IMG/VR virus record: IMGVR_UViG_3300027763_002462
Coordinates: 1 to 64,000 of that record
Source: a virus
Taxonomy: Duplodnaviria > Caudoviricetes
Length of the DNA stretch: 64,000 bases
Direction: 5' to 3' (one strand)
Below are positions 18,301 through 27,859 of the stretch, piece after piece. The position numbers were made by a program, and so were the translations under genes. The notes beneath the pieces were generated by a model, which saw only the letters and a list, made by a program, of their open reading frames with translations, was not told where the DNA came from and made no database searches. The stretch's first letter is position 1. Every line of letters starts with the position of its first letter.

Positions 18301-20070
18301 ACAATCAGGATAAGTTATCATTGGTAATCTTATTGTATAATCTTTTCTATTACAATATTTTCTCCATTTCTTAAATGGGTACCAAGTTATCGCAATAATA
18401 CTAAAACCAATACCCGAAAGCCAACATAAAAAATCAAGAACTAAGTTATACAAGAATAATAAAATATGTCCAAGTGTTAATAAAATTAATGCAATTGGTT
18501 GTATTACCGTAAAAATTATTGAAAATAGAAAAAATAAAAAATCAAAATTTTTAAATCCGTCATTAACTGGAAATTTATTTACACTATCTTCACAGTCTTG
18601 GTTATCAATTTCTTTAATACCAATAAATTTACCAGGAGATGGCCCAAGAAAACCTCCCCCTTTTTTAAATTGGTCAATTAATGACGATACAGTATAAACT
18701 CTATTATATTGAAATTCATAAAATGTATCTTCACAATCTATTACTTCATTAAGCCTATCTATTTTTTGTTGTCCACTAAATCCATTGGTATATCCGCTCC
18801 ACGCAAGTCCAAAATAATAAGAACTTTGTTGTCTTTTACCATTTAAAGTTGTCGGAGTACCAAATGTTGTTGGGTCTGCAGTTGGCGTTGACCATCCGTA
18901 TTCTTTAACATTTGGAACTAAATAATAAGGCCTTCTTGTTTGTAAAGTTAAATCGTTTGGTTGCGTCCACTTAACTTTAAAACGATATTTTGCCTTTGTT
19001 GGAATACCTATTGTTGGGTCATTAGACAAAACTTTTTCTCCAAATTCATTAGTTATAAAATAATCCAAATTCATTGGAAGTTCTATTAACCATGTTCCTG
19101 AACCATCAATAACATTACCTGATTGTTCTAAATCATATTGTTCTAAAACAGGATTACCTTCACTATCTTGTTGTATTGTTTGTCTTAACGCCAAGATTTG
19201 GCCAGGAGCTGTTGTTAACCCACATAAGTTACCCATATCATCCCTTGGTCTACCATTTGCGCGTAATCTGTAACTATCTGGTGTTGAGAACATTGAACCC
19301 ATAAACACTGATGTTGGTTGAATATCAACATTAGCGTCATCCCTTAAGTCAAAATCTAATCTACTAACTGCAATTTGGCAAATTGTTGGGTCACCCCATA
19401 ATGGAGAAATTTCGGCGTTTTTAGTTAAACTAATAATTTGAGGTAGTGAACTTAAATCAGTCGATGACCTAAATTTACTACCAGCAACTTGAGCTTCAGT
19501 TGCAAGACCCATTCTAATCAAATCCTGAGGTGTTAGAGAGAAGTCCCCTATGTCTGACAGGTCAACATCCATAACAATAGTTTGTTCTCCTAATGGAGCT
19601 CCCATTATCATGTAATCACCACTCTCGTTAGTTTTGGCTGTGAACTTATAATAAGTGTCATAAATTTCAACGGCAGTTAATCCTGTTAGAACATCCAATC
19701 TTGTTGGAAGGGTTCCTGTTGCCGCGTGCTTTGAATAAGATTTTTCGTAAGGCAATAGATTATATCTATAACCATCATCATTTTTATCTGTTGGTGATTT
19801 GTAAGGATATATACTTGAAATAAGTGGGTTAGATTCGTCTACAGTTTTTATTGGGACAAAAACAGATACTCTCGCATTAGGTATACCAAATCCATTGTTT
19901 GCAGTAACCCTACCTACTAATACACCATATTCCGAACAACTTCTTGTATAAATGTTGGACTGTTGTATTTTCAACGATAAAATTTCTAAAAACTCAAATT
20001 CTTGGTCTATTTGAACATTAATATTTTTATTAACACCAAGTTCGGTTTTAATACGATATGATTCAGCCAT
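15310..20070 (-). CDS. Large structural protein with a CarboxypepD_reg-like N-terminus and an internal hydrophobic segment
   Basis: 1586 aa. GRV...GIPNARVSV...KTNESGDY.I.G.P.G motif, plus about 58 aa of hydrophobic sequence (FDFLFFLFSIIF...IIAITWYPF). Confidence 0.6.
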   Translation of the reverse strand: MAESYRIKTELGVNKNINVQIDQEFEFLEILSLKIQQSNIYTRSCSEYGVLVGRVTANNGFGIPNARVSVFVPIKTVDESNPLISSIYPYKSPTDKNDDGYRYNLLPYEKSYSKHAATGTLPTRLDVLTGLTAVEIYDTYYKFTAKTNESGDYMIMGAPLGEQTIVMDVDLSDIGDFSLTPQDLIRMGLATEAQVAGSKFRSSTDLSSLPQIISLTKNAEISPLWGDPTICQIAVSRLDFDLRDDANVDIQPTSVFMGSMFSTPDSYRLRANGRPRDDMGNLCGLTTAPGQILALRQTIQQDSEGNPVLEQYDLEQSGNVIDGSGTWLIELPMNLDYFITNEFGEKVLSNDPTIGIPTKAKYRFKVKWTQPNDLTLQTRRPYYLVPNVKEYGWSTPTADPTTFGTPTTLNGKRQQSSYYFGLAWSGYTNGFSGQQKIDRLNEVIDCEDTFYEFQYNRVYTVSSLIDQFKKGGGFLGPSPGKFIGIKEIDNQDCEDSVNKFPVNDGFKNFDFLFFLFSIIFTVIQPIALILLTLGHILLFLYNLVLDFLCWLSGIGFSIIAITWYPFKKWRKYCNRKDYTIRLPMITYPDCQACECTQDLKTTGIANNTASGGVLSFLSSPDSYYDGLVSTYFSGLTEDGSVYATMVSESFAGLSLSSANMNPGRYKLPLSQTLNTSDGVSRFVNSYSLPIGERINIFNQRDSYFSNINKIKVTIAKDSNLGKFHYDNTITVLCQEQFQAGDLLTFVNITGTTDTNYLYTGLTTGDTATLVTGISGQTYNGSGATYIDVSYATTQTSNILTPVRYNLPYGSSETNYRFPADFEYYQVITAITVSDAAKIWNTGTTQSFGNVLNTPSISNIWRAWIGGYIFGISNTLNAYEFFQGANEQYIVVLQRGVDPYSPKYVNEYCLGNLFGTTEFDSNWTITASTRVNIPIQKVDTSSMTVQPYNQTNMYYQSYFFKPGTTTSPIAGQSFTGFTTTNTAYYGSLDATTSPLPVKSTINGNKVLSLSSNGFYYVNASSAKYDNSEDLSGSAVMACNSGISNFVVNTASFGYYYTTKTFFSTNPTMLINNDTLNVLRTDRLPSSDGLDGSSFTNNPSLLQQNNNFYVYLVNTESDDITSTAFSTGAQTVTPDLEGLANSIKVLESFNCESMVGLDCYQGFGDNFTINQQCTTADAVEGGCYMFMRRPLTDLVKDLGNFGEWGFRFRFFYGLCRGVLSQSFMNNWINGSLYAFPLQVNTYYDSKNKPEYPRFANDVAYFNMDSNNFYYRSSPWNDISNKFIGKKTNNPGGVNILNLLYPTTIINLGMKDYFYSEITFDPATKGYIIPNIDSTSYGDTSDLINLFVISRITDESFLAQIIPLGNNSINQLFSRPQLRIDGDLAQLMSINSEIGNVNFSPEYYEIRPGAINATNILGTSSDPIMAVWYSSTTQDLQTKDYLTPGRIDFRGTNNNGYFPFAYGVKSQLTPFYQWKMASGSSTIFGNQNNNWATDTADIIQNNYQSLDRAATNTKYYLNGTSVANDLTARGYIYSVDGNVTSYPTVGGRYTSTPQTSSKFLVGAPFQFYFGVVKGESALDRFKTKYSIDE

Positions 20071-20166
20071 GTAATACCTTTAATTTATAAATAGTTTATG
20101 TGTTATTTTTAAAGTATAAACACACTCTTTTTAAATTATAAACTAAACGATTTGAGAATAAACCTA

Positions 20167-22005
20167 TTAAGAGAAGGTAACCGATTGGAAGTTTTTAACC
20201 GAAATTCTGATGTCTTTATTTGGATAACGAATTTGATAAACTTGTGATGGTTGAGCAAAAATTGTATCATCAACAGGTACAATTTCTTTTGTTTCGGGAT
20301 TTGAATATTGCATTGACGTTTCAGCCGAAGAGTATTGCCCCCCAACATTATTATAAACGTTAAGACCCGCAACAGTTAAAACACCATTTTGATTTTGAAC
20401 AATACTTCTAATCTCAGATAGATAAACGTTTTGACCAAGTTGTCTTACTTGTGGATTAAAATATGTAGATATCTTATCAACAACATCAGAAATAATCTGT
20501 CCTGAATTTTGTGCAGAGTCTAATACAATTTGAACATCAACACTAAGGTCAATAACCTCAGCAGTTAATATTGAAATATAATCATTCATCATTCTATAAT
20601 TAGAAAGATATGTTGCAACGTTCTGTCTTAATGTATCAGATACTATACTTGTTAATTTACCTGATGTATCGTAAGATAATAACTGAATTAAAATTTTGTT
20701 ATTGTTTTCCGTAATTGAAACTTTGGCAGGAGCTCCAAACTCTGATGGCATATTTCTAATAATCGCCTCATAATCTTGTACTGTAACCGCTCTTTTTTGT
20801 GCGGCAAAGTTAAATGAAACGTAGTTTCTAATTTCTTCTAACGAAGGAATACCTGCTCCACCGATAGCCGCAGTCACGTTAGTACATCTTAATGAGTTAA
20901 CTACTGAAGAGTTAGTTGACTCTGAAGGACCATTAACATAAAATGAAACGGTTCCTATTTGAGTAATAACATTTGTACCTAAGTTTGTTGCTAATCCACC
21001 ACCGACTCTATATTGAATAAATAATGTTGAATTAGGGATTAATGCAGAACCTAATGAAAAGTTATTAGAATATCTTTGTAAGTCTAATGTTGTACCTAAT
21101 GTTGTAAATTGATTTAATGCATCTTGAGCGGTGTTAGTTCCACCACCAAATGTCATCTTTTTAAATCCTTCAGAAGTGTACTCGCTAATAAATCTATTTT
21201 GAGTTTGGATATATTTTCCAACTTTAATACCTGGCTGGTCTGATACTTTTGTAGGGTCTTCAATAAACACTCTATCTTCGGCTAATGCGTCAACTTGATA
21301 CCATTTATTAGAAGCTCCTAAGAATTCTGCAGCTGTTGGTAAGTTTGTATACTCTGTTCCACTTTTTAATAAAACACTAGTAATACCTAATACGTTCTTT
21401 TCAGGTAAGAATAATTCAAAAAATGGTCTAACATCATTTGGCCCAATAACTCTTTTGAATACTTTAGTAATACCATTAACAACAAGTTCTCTTTTTGTAA
21501 TGGTATAGTTAATTAAAACGTTATTTGCGTTAAAGTTAGGTATCTTTAATCTATTCGGGAATCCTTGGGCGTTATATGGTGATGTAAAATCAATGTCATA
21601 TATATTTTCAAAAACTATTCCCGCTCCTGTCACTTGAGAACCTCTTGTAAGTGTTCCTAAGTATCTTTCATCTTCTTTGTCTCCAAACGCAGGTACTGTA
21701 ATTGAAAAATCAACTAAAGATACTGAAGGTCTTTGACCTGGCAATTTTAAACCATAGGTTCTTGCAATGTTATAAATTGAAGACCTTTGTTGTGCGTATT
21801 GAAGAACTGTTTCTTGAATACTTCTATCAATATGATAATGTAGGTTATCTGCGACCGCAGCATTCAAATCTAAGAATACTGAAAATACAGAAGCGTCATT
21901 AAAATCCTGAATTAATTCAGGATAATATGTTCTTACATAATTTAATAACTCAGTTCTTATTCCTTGATAGTCTCTGGTTGTATATGATATTTTACGATTT
22001 GCCAT
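20167..22005 (-). CDS. Baseplate wedge subunit (T4 gp6/baseplate J-like)
   Basis: RDYQGIR.EL N-terminus, QETVLQYAQQRSSIYNIA...G, YRVGGG and AAQKRAVTVQDYE motifs typical of gp6. Confidence 0.85.
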   Translation of the reverse strand: MANRKISYTTRDYQGIRTELLNYVRTYYPELIQDFNDASVFSVFLDLNAAVADNLHYHIDRSIQETVLQYAQQRSSIYNIARTYGLKLPGQRPSVSLVDFSITVPAFGDKEDERYLGTLTRGSQVTGAGIVFENIYDIDFTSPYNAQGFPNRLKIPNFNANNVLINYTITKRELVVNGITKVFKRVIGPNDVRPFFELFLPEKNVLGITSVLLKSGTEYTNLPTAAEFLGASNKWYQVDALAEDRVFIEDPTKVSDQPGIKVGKYIQTQNRFISEYTSEGFKKMTFGGGTNTAQDALNQFTTLGTTLDLQRYSNNFSLGSALIPNSTLFIQYRVGGGLATNLGTNVITQIGTVSFYVNGPSESTNSSVVNSLRCTNVTAAIGGAGIPSLEEIRNYVSFNFAAQKRAVTVQDYEAIIRNMPSEFGAPAKVSITENNNKILIQLLSYDTSGKLTSIVSDTLRQNVATYLSNYRMMNDYISILTAEVIDLSVDVQIVLDSAQNSGQIISDVVDKISTYFNPQVRQLGQNVYLSEIRSIVQNQNGVLTVAGLNVYNNVGGQYSSAETSMQYSNPETKEIVPVDDTIFAQPSQVYQIRYPNKDIRISVKNFQSVTFS

Positions 22006-22010
22006 TTATA

Positions 22011-22481
22011 TTAAATATTGATAATAACAAAATCACTCTGCGAATAAGTGTTTTTATCTGTTGAGTAGTCTATTTTAACTTTTGCCGTGTAATCCGAAGT
22101 TCCTTTTCCTGGAAATCTATATATTGGAGATTCAGTTGTTCCTAATGTGCTTTGACCTGTTGCAATATCAACTTCCTCTTGTGGGTCTGCAGGGGTGATT
22201 GTTATATTGTTTAACAATAGATTTGGCATAAAGTTTGCCACAGCATCTCTTATGTCAGATTCAATTGCGTCGAATGTAAGTCCATCAAACGGTTCAAATA
22301 CAAATTCATATAATCTTGTTCCAAAAGTAGGTAAAAAATATCTTGAACCTTTTCTTGTTAACAAAAGATGAATTAAATCCGCTTTAATTTCTTGTGCTTC
22401 AAACTGAGTAAGTTGCAAATAATCTCCCCTACTAGAATCTCTAAAAGGGAAATTAAGACCATATGTTGTACCTTGAGCCAT
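22011..22481 (-). CDS. Baseplate gp25-like sheath initiator
   Basis: IKADLIHLLLTRKGSRYFLPTFGTRLYEFVFEP matches the gp25/GPW family pattern. Confidence 0.88.
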   Translation of the reverse strand: MAQGTTYGLNFPFRDSSRGDYLQLTQFEAQEIKADLIHLLLTRKGSRYFLPTFGTRLYEFVFEPFDGLTFDAIESDIRDAVANFMPNLLLNNITITPADPQEEVDIATGQSTLGTTESPIYRFPGKGTSDYTAKVKIDYSTDKNTYSQSDFVIINI

Positions 22482-22527
22482 AACTATAAATATAATGTCC
22501 TGATTTTTCCTTATAAATAGATTAAAA

Positions 22528-22559
22528 TAAATAATCCCGATGGTGGTCGGGATTATTTA
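22528..22559 (-). terminator. Probable intrinsic terminator after nrdA
   Basis: Inverted repeat taaataatcccga / tcgggattattta, followed by a T-rich tract on the minus strand. Confidence 0.7.
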
Positions 22560-22565
22560 ATTACT

Positions 22566-24992
22566 TTAAGATGAACAACCGAAACATTCAATTTCGATTC
22601 CTTCAGGTTTTGGTGGTAAATTCATATCACTATAGTCTACTTTAGGAACCTCAACATTTGTTTTAGGTTTTTGTATTTTTGATACATCAACAGCCAAATG
22701 TTTAGCTCCTGTTGAAATCGCTTTAGTTCTAACATAATAACACAAAGTTTTCAAACCTTTCTCCCATGAGTGGAAGTGAGAAGATGTAATCTTTGACAGT
22801 GTTGGATTTGCCATATAGATATTCATTGATTGTGATTGGTCAATGAATGGTGCTCTATCAGCCGCCATGTCAATTAATTCTCTTTGAGAAATCTCCCAAA
22901 TAGTTTTGTACTTTGGAATTAGATGTTCAATTCTTTTAACTTTCTTGTTATAGTTTTTGTCCTCAGGGTCAAGGTATTGGTTAAAGTTAATGTTTTGAAT
23001 AGAACCCTCATTCATGATGATTTCGTTTTTCAAGTCTTCACACCATACCCCAATTTTCTCGAAGTCGTTAATTAAGTACTTGTTAACAATCATGATTTCA
23101 CCACCAACAACTCTTCTGTTAAATAACGCAGAGTGAGCTGGTTCAGTCATTTCAAATGACCCTGTAATTTTAGCTGAAGATGCAACTGGCATCTGAGCTG
23201 TAAATAAAGAATTACACACTCCGTATTCTTTAACATTTTCTTTTAAAGTTGACCAGTCTAAAAACAAATCAGACTCATCTAATCCCCACATATCAAATTG
23301 GAAAATACCTTTTGACATTGGTGACCCTTTGAAGAATTTATACGGTTCTCTAATACCTTTCTTACATAAATCATTACTTTCGGTAATCGCTGCAAAGTAG
23401 ATAGCTTCGAATATATTTTTATTTAAAGTCTTAGCTTCTTCTGATGTGAAGATATAATCCATTAGATAGAATACGTCAGCTAATCCTTGAGTTCCAATCG
23501 CGATAGCTCTTTGTTCAAGACCTCCTTTTAAACCTTTTTCAGTTGAGTAGTTGTTCTTGTCAATTACGTTGTTCAATGCTTTCACCGCTCTTCTAACTTC
23601 TTCAATCAATAACTTATAGTCAAATTTACCATCAACAATAAAGTTCTTCAATACAATAGAAGATAACGTACAGATTGCAGTTGTCTCTTCATCAGTATAT
23701 TGGTAAATCTCGTTACATAAATTTGATTGTTTAATCACACCTATGTTTTGGTGGTTAGTTTTCTTATTCGCACTATCTTTAGCACATAAGTAAGGAACTC
23801 CTGTCTCAACTTGAGACTCGATAATTTTAGACCAAATGTCTTGGGCCTTAACTTTTCTACCGATACCTAAATTAACAGCCTTTTGATAGTTTTCTTCGTA
23901 TTCATCACCATAACATTCTTGTAATGGTTTGATACCCGATTTAATAATTTCATTAGGACAGAATAAGTACCAATCTTCATTGTTCTTAACCGCTCTCATG
24001 AAATTATCGGGAATCCATAACGCGGTGAATAAATCTCTCGCTCTTAATTCCTCAGCACCTGTGTTCTTTTTAATTTCTAACAAGTCCATGATATCTCTGT
24101 GCCATGGTTCTAAATAGATAGCTGCACTACCAGGTCTTCTTCCTTGTTGGTTAAAAAATCTTAATGACTCGTTAACTATTTTTAAGTACTTCAACAATCC
24201 ACCCGCAAATCCTCCTGATGATTTAATTCTACTTTCTTTACTACGAATGTTAGACATTGATAGTCCAATTCCCGCAGCATCTGAAGAATAAGTTGAGATG
24301 TCATTCAAGGTTTTCAACAATCCTTCTCTCGAGTCAGAGTTGTTGTAATGTAACACACAAGACGCTAATTGAGGTACTCTTGTACCTGCATTAATCATGA
24401 TAGGTGTTGCCTTTGATATACGTTGGTTTGATAATGAGTTGTAGTATTCTACAGCCTCTTCATACGTGTTAGTCACCCATAGAGCAACTCTCATGTACAT
24501 GTGTTGAGGTCTTTCAACAACTTTACCTTCAGGTGTCTTTAACAAGTACATTTCTTGTAATGACCTCCACGCGAAATAATCAAAGTTATAATCATTTTCA
24601 TGATTAATTACCTCATCAATTTTACTTGGGCCGTATTTTTCAATAATTGACATTAGTTCGTCATGTACAATACCATCAACGTGTAACGTATGCATTGTAT
24701 TTGAGAAACTTGGGTCAGTTTCTTTGTGATAAGAAGAAATCGCAACTGAAGATGCAAGTCTTGAATAATCGTGGTGACTGCCTGTATAAGCGGCAGCGAT
24801 TTCATATACAAGCTTATCTAATTCTTTAGTTGTAATAATACCTTCCGTTGGAACAGACGTAATAACTTTAATAAAGATTTCATCTGAATTTACATTCAAA
24901 CCTTTAGCAGCTCTTTTAATTCTGTTATATATTTTTTGTGGATTAAAAGACGCGTCTTCCCCGTCTCTTTTTTTAATTTTTAGTGACATCAT
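22566..24992 (-). CDS. nrdA: Ribonucleotide reductase class Ia alpha subunit with N-terminal ATP cone
   Basis: IKKRDG ATP-cone start, ATP(I)MINAG, SNLCNEI catalytic motif, KTLCYYVRT, C-terminal ECFGCSS. Confidence 0.97.
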   Translation of the reverse strand: MMSLKIKKRDGEDASFNPQKIYNRIKRAAKGLNVNSDEIFIKVITSVPTEGIITTKELDKLVYEIAAAYTGSHHDYSRLASSVAISSYHKETDPSFSNTMHTLHVDGIVHDELMSIIEKYGPSKIDEVINHENDYNFDYFAWRSLQEMYLLKTPEGKVVERPQHMYMRVALWVTNTYEEAVEYYNSLSNQRISKATPIMINAGTRVPQLASCVLHYNNSDSREGLLKTLNDISTYSSDAAGIGLSMSNIRSKESRIKSSGGFAGGLLKYLKIVNESLRFFNQQGRRPGSAAIYLEPWHRDIMDLLEIKKNTGAEELRARDLFTALWIPDNFMRAVKNNEDWYLFCPNEIIKSGIKPLQECYGDEYEENYQKAVNLGIGRKVKAQDIWSKIIESQVETGVPYLCAKDSANKKTNHQNIGVIKQSNLCNEIYQYTDEETTAICTLSSIVLKNFIVDGKFDYKLLIEEVRRAVKALNNVIDKNNYSTEKGLKGGLEQRAIAIGTQGLADVFYLMDYIFTSEEAKTLNKNIFEAIYFAAITESNDLCKKGIREPYKFFKGSPMSKGIFQFDMWGLDESDLFLDWSTLKENVKEYGVCNSLFTAQMPVASSAKITGSFEMTEPAHSALFNRRVVGGEIMIVNKYLINDFEKIGVWCEDLKNEIIMNEGSIQNINFNQYLDPEDKNYNKKVKRIEHLIPKYKTIWEISQRELIDMAADRAPFIDQSQSMNIYMANPTLSKITSSHFHSWEKGLKTLCYYVRTKAISTGAKHLAVDVSKIQKPKTNVEVPKVDYSDMNLPPKPEGIEIECFGCSS

Positions 24993-25010
24993 AGATTTAA
25001 AAATAATAAA

Positions 25011-25958
25011 TTAGAAATCAGAATCAAATGATAATGTTTCGTTTAGTTTTGCTTTTTGGTATTCCATCGTTCTTGATTCAAAGAAGTTTCCCTTTGTTTC
25101 AACTGCGATTTGTTCCATAAACTTAAATGGTTGTTCAACGTTAAATTCTTTTTTACAACCAAATTTAACTAATAACCCATCAGTTACGAATTCAAGATAT
25201 TGTTTCATCAAGTTTGAATTCATACCGATTAACGAAACAGGTAAAGATTCTGTGATAAATTCTTTTTCAATTTCAAGTGCAGATAATAAGATTTCTCTAA
25301 TTCTTTTTTCAGTTGGTTTGTTTTCTAAGTGATTATTTACCAAATGGATTGCGAAGTCACAATGTAAGTTTTCGTCTTTAAAAATTAAAGTATTAGCATT
25401 ACATAGTCCTTGCATGATTCCTCTTGATTTCAACCAAAAGATTGAACAAAATGACCCTGAGAAGAATATTCCTTCAACCGCAGCAAAAGCTACAAGTCTT
25501 TCTTGGAAAGATGCGTTGTCAATCCAATCAAGAGCCCATTTTGCTTTCTTTTGTACTGCAGGTAGGTTGTCTAAGGCGGTGAAACATAATTGTTTCTCTT
25601 CTTCATTTGAGATATACGTATCGATTAATAAAGAATACATTAAACTGTGTATATTCTCCATCATCAATTGGAACCCGTAGAAGAACTTAGCTTCAGGGTA
25701 TTGTACTTCTCTATAGAAGTTTTCGGCAAGATTTTCGTTAACAATACCATCCGATGCCGCAAAGAATGATAATATATTTTTAACGAAATATTGTTCGTTT
25801 TCAGTAAGATTATTCCAATCTCTGATATCGTTTGTTAAATCAACTTCTTCCGCTGTCCATAATGCGGCTTGGTGGTTCTTATAGAACTCCCAAATATCAT
25901 CGTGTTGAATTGGAAATATTACGAACCTGTTAGGGTTCTCTACTAAAATTTTCTCCAT
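25011..25958 (-). CDS. nrdB: Ribonucleotide reductase class Ia beta subunit
   Basis: [37 protein letters not shown] and DENLH diiron motifs. Confidence 0.97.
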   Translation of the reverse strand: MEKILVENPNRFVIFPIQHDDIWEFYKNHQAALWTAEEVDLTNDIRDWNNLTENEQYFVKNILSFFAASDGIVNENLAENFYREVQYPEAKFFYGFQLMMENIHSLMYSLLIDTYISNEEEKQLCFTALDNLPAVQKKAKWALDWIDNASFQERLVAFAAVEGIFFSGSFCSIFWLKSRGIMQGLCNANTLIFKDENLHCDFAIHLVNNHLENKPTEKRIREILLSALEIEKEFITESLPVSLIGMNSNLMKQYLEFVTDGLLVKFGCKKEFNVEQPFKFMEQIAVETKGNFFESRTMEYQKAKLNETLSFDSDF

Positions 25959-25979
25959 AATTAATTGTATTTTTTTGTA

Positions 25980-27365
25980 TTAAGATTGTTGTTTCTGTTG
26001 TTCTTCTTTTTGTTTTCTTTTCTCCATTAACTCTTTTACTCTATCTCTTTTTCTTTCTTCTTGTTGTTCTTCAAAACCTAAGAAGGTAACTGAACTTTCA
26101 GTATCGATTTCAAGTAACTCATTGTTAAATTTACAATTCTCAAAAACTACTCCGTCTTTACCTAGACGAGATTTTGTTATTGCAATAGTTGCGAGGTTCA
26201 TTTCTTTTTGTTGGAGTGTCTTAGCTACAGAGATGATTACGTGACCAACCTGAGCCTTTTTAATTGACCCACCCATTTGGTCAGTCGTTACTACTTCAGC
26301 TGAAATTGAAGACCTATTACCCTGTGTGGCTGTCCATCCAACTAAGTCTAGCTCATGGCACATTGCTTCAAATCCTCTCATTACAGAACCTTCCGCTTTC
26401 CACTCATCCTTACTTGTTGATTCAGGTAATATACAATCGATATAATCTAACATGATTAAATCAATTTTGTTTCCGTCTGCAATCATTTTTCTTACTTGAC
26501 CTTTGATTTGATTCATAGTCATAGTATCAGATGCCAACTTTTTAAGAACCAATTTGTTTTTCATAGTCTCTTGAATCTCAGTAACCTTTGACATTACCTC
26601 ATCTCTATTTTTTACCAAATTGTCTGGTTCAATTCCTGTCCAAAGTGTGAAGTGTTTTCTCTGAATAATCTTAGGGTTATCCTCAAAAAATACTTGAAGG
26701 ACATTGTATCCTAAGTTAAATGCAGTATTTGCAATCTTGGTTAAAATTGTTGTCTTACCAACTCCTGTTGGAGCTAAAATAACACCAATCTCTCCCTTAG
26801 CCAAACCACCCTTAAGTAGTCTGTCAATTCCCGCAATCCCCATTGGAATTGGATGTCTATAATCTTCTTCTAATACGGTATCCAAGTTATCAAAAATATC
26901 CGTTTGTCCTTTGTCAATTTCACCAACTTGTAACGCGTTTCTCACTAATCCCTCAACTTTATCATAAGACTCAAAATCACCCTCAGTAATAATCTTCTGA
27001 GCCTTGTCCATAGCCTTTTGAAGTTCTTGTTGTTTACAGAACTTTAAAGCTTTTTCCTGAACAAATACAGTTCCTTCAAAAGGTGCGTCTTTTACCTGTT
27101 TCAAGGTATCTAAGACCACTTTTGCAACAATTTCCTGTGTAATTTCTGATTTAACAATTTGGTCAAGAGTTTCGAAATTAGGAGTTGATTCATACTTTAC
27201 ATAGTATTCTTTTATCATCTGCAAGATGATTTTAAAGTACTTGTTGTCAAAGTACGATGACTCAATCACGTCCATAATAGACGATGAAAAGTCTTTGTCT
27301 ACAACTATCTGATTCAGTAGTTGTATCTGAAATGTATTACCTAAATAATCGAAATTTTTGTTCAT
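25980..27365 (-). CDS. dnaB: Replicative SF4 helicase (DnaB/T4 gp41-like)
   Basis: Walker A APTGVGKT, LDYID, TATQGNR and KSR.G motifs. Confidence 0.9.
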   Translation of the reverse strand: MNKNFDYLGNTFQIQLLNQIVVDKDFSSSIMDVIESSYFDNKYFKIILQMIKEYYVKYESTPNFETLDQIVKSEITQEIVAKVVLDTLKQVKDAPFEGTVFVQEKALKFCKQQELQKAMDKAQKIITEGDFESYDKVEGLVRNALQVGEIDKGQTDIFDNLDTVLEEDYRHPIPMGIAGIDRLLKGGLAKGEIGVILAPTGVGKTTILTKIANTAFNLGYNVLQVFFEDNPKIIQRKHFTLWTGIEPDNLVKNRDEVMSKVTEIQETMKNKLVLKKLASDTMTMNQIKGQVRKMIADGNKIDLIMLDYIDCILPESTSKDEWKAEGSVMRGFEAMCHELDLVGWTATQGNRSSISAEVVTTDQMGGSIKKAQVGHVIISVAKTLQQKEMNLATIAITKSRLGKDGVVFENCKFNNELLEIDTESSVTFLGFEEQQEERKRDRVKELMEKRKQKEEQQKQQS

Positions 27366-27403
27366 ATATTGTTTTAAAATTATCCCTCGTATTAATTAAA
27401 TAG

Positions 27404-27856
27404 TTACTTGCTAAGGTCAAATTCCAAATATTCGTAAGTTAATTTGTTGTTTGAAAAAATGTCAGTTAACTCGCGAAGGACCTCTTTTAAAAATGGTCTT
27501 ACGTCTACTGTATAACGAACTTTTGGCGGATAAAATTTTCCGTCAAAAACTCTATGACAAATTGTCTGTTCTCCAACTTTAACATAAATGTTAAAAATTT
27601 CAGGACCCTCAGTGTAAGATGTCTCCATAATTGATGGGTCATGCGCAATTGCGTCTCTGTTGTCCATCATGTAAATTACAGTCTTCATTTTCAAAGCATA
27701 TTGTAATTCATTTTTCAAACTCAGGATGAATTCATACAACTCCACCGAGTTTTTTGCTTTCGGGATATACCCTCTAACGTTGAAAAATCTTTGAACTACA
27801 ATGTTGTCATTCAATGTTAAAAGGAATTCCATTTTCGTGCTGTCTTGCTCTCTCAT
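27404..27856 (-). CDS. Hypothetical protein in the replication block
   Basis: 150 aa ORF tightly packed between RNase H and the helicase. Confidence 0.6.
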   Translation of the reverse strand: MREQDSTKMEFLLTLNDNIVVQRFFNVRGYIPKAKNSVELYEFILSLKNELQYALKMKTVIYMMDNRDAIAHDPSIMETSYTEGPEIFNIYVKVGEQTICHRVFDGKFYPPKVRYTVDVRPFLKEVLRELTDIFSNNKLTYEYLEFDLSK

Positions 27857-27859
27857 GTT

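Noticed and set aside
20092-20145. Possible hairpin tagtttat...ataaacta between the gp6-like and 1586-aa genes
   Set aside because: Almost entirely A-U pairs with large internal loops; not distinguishable from chance in AT-rich DNA.
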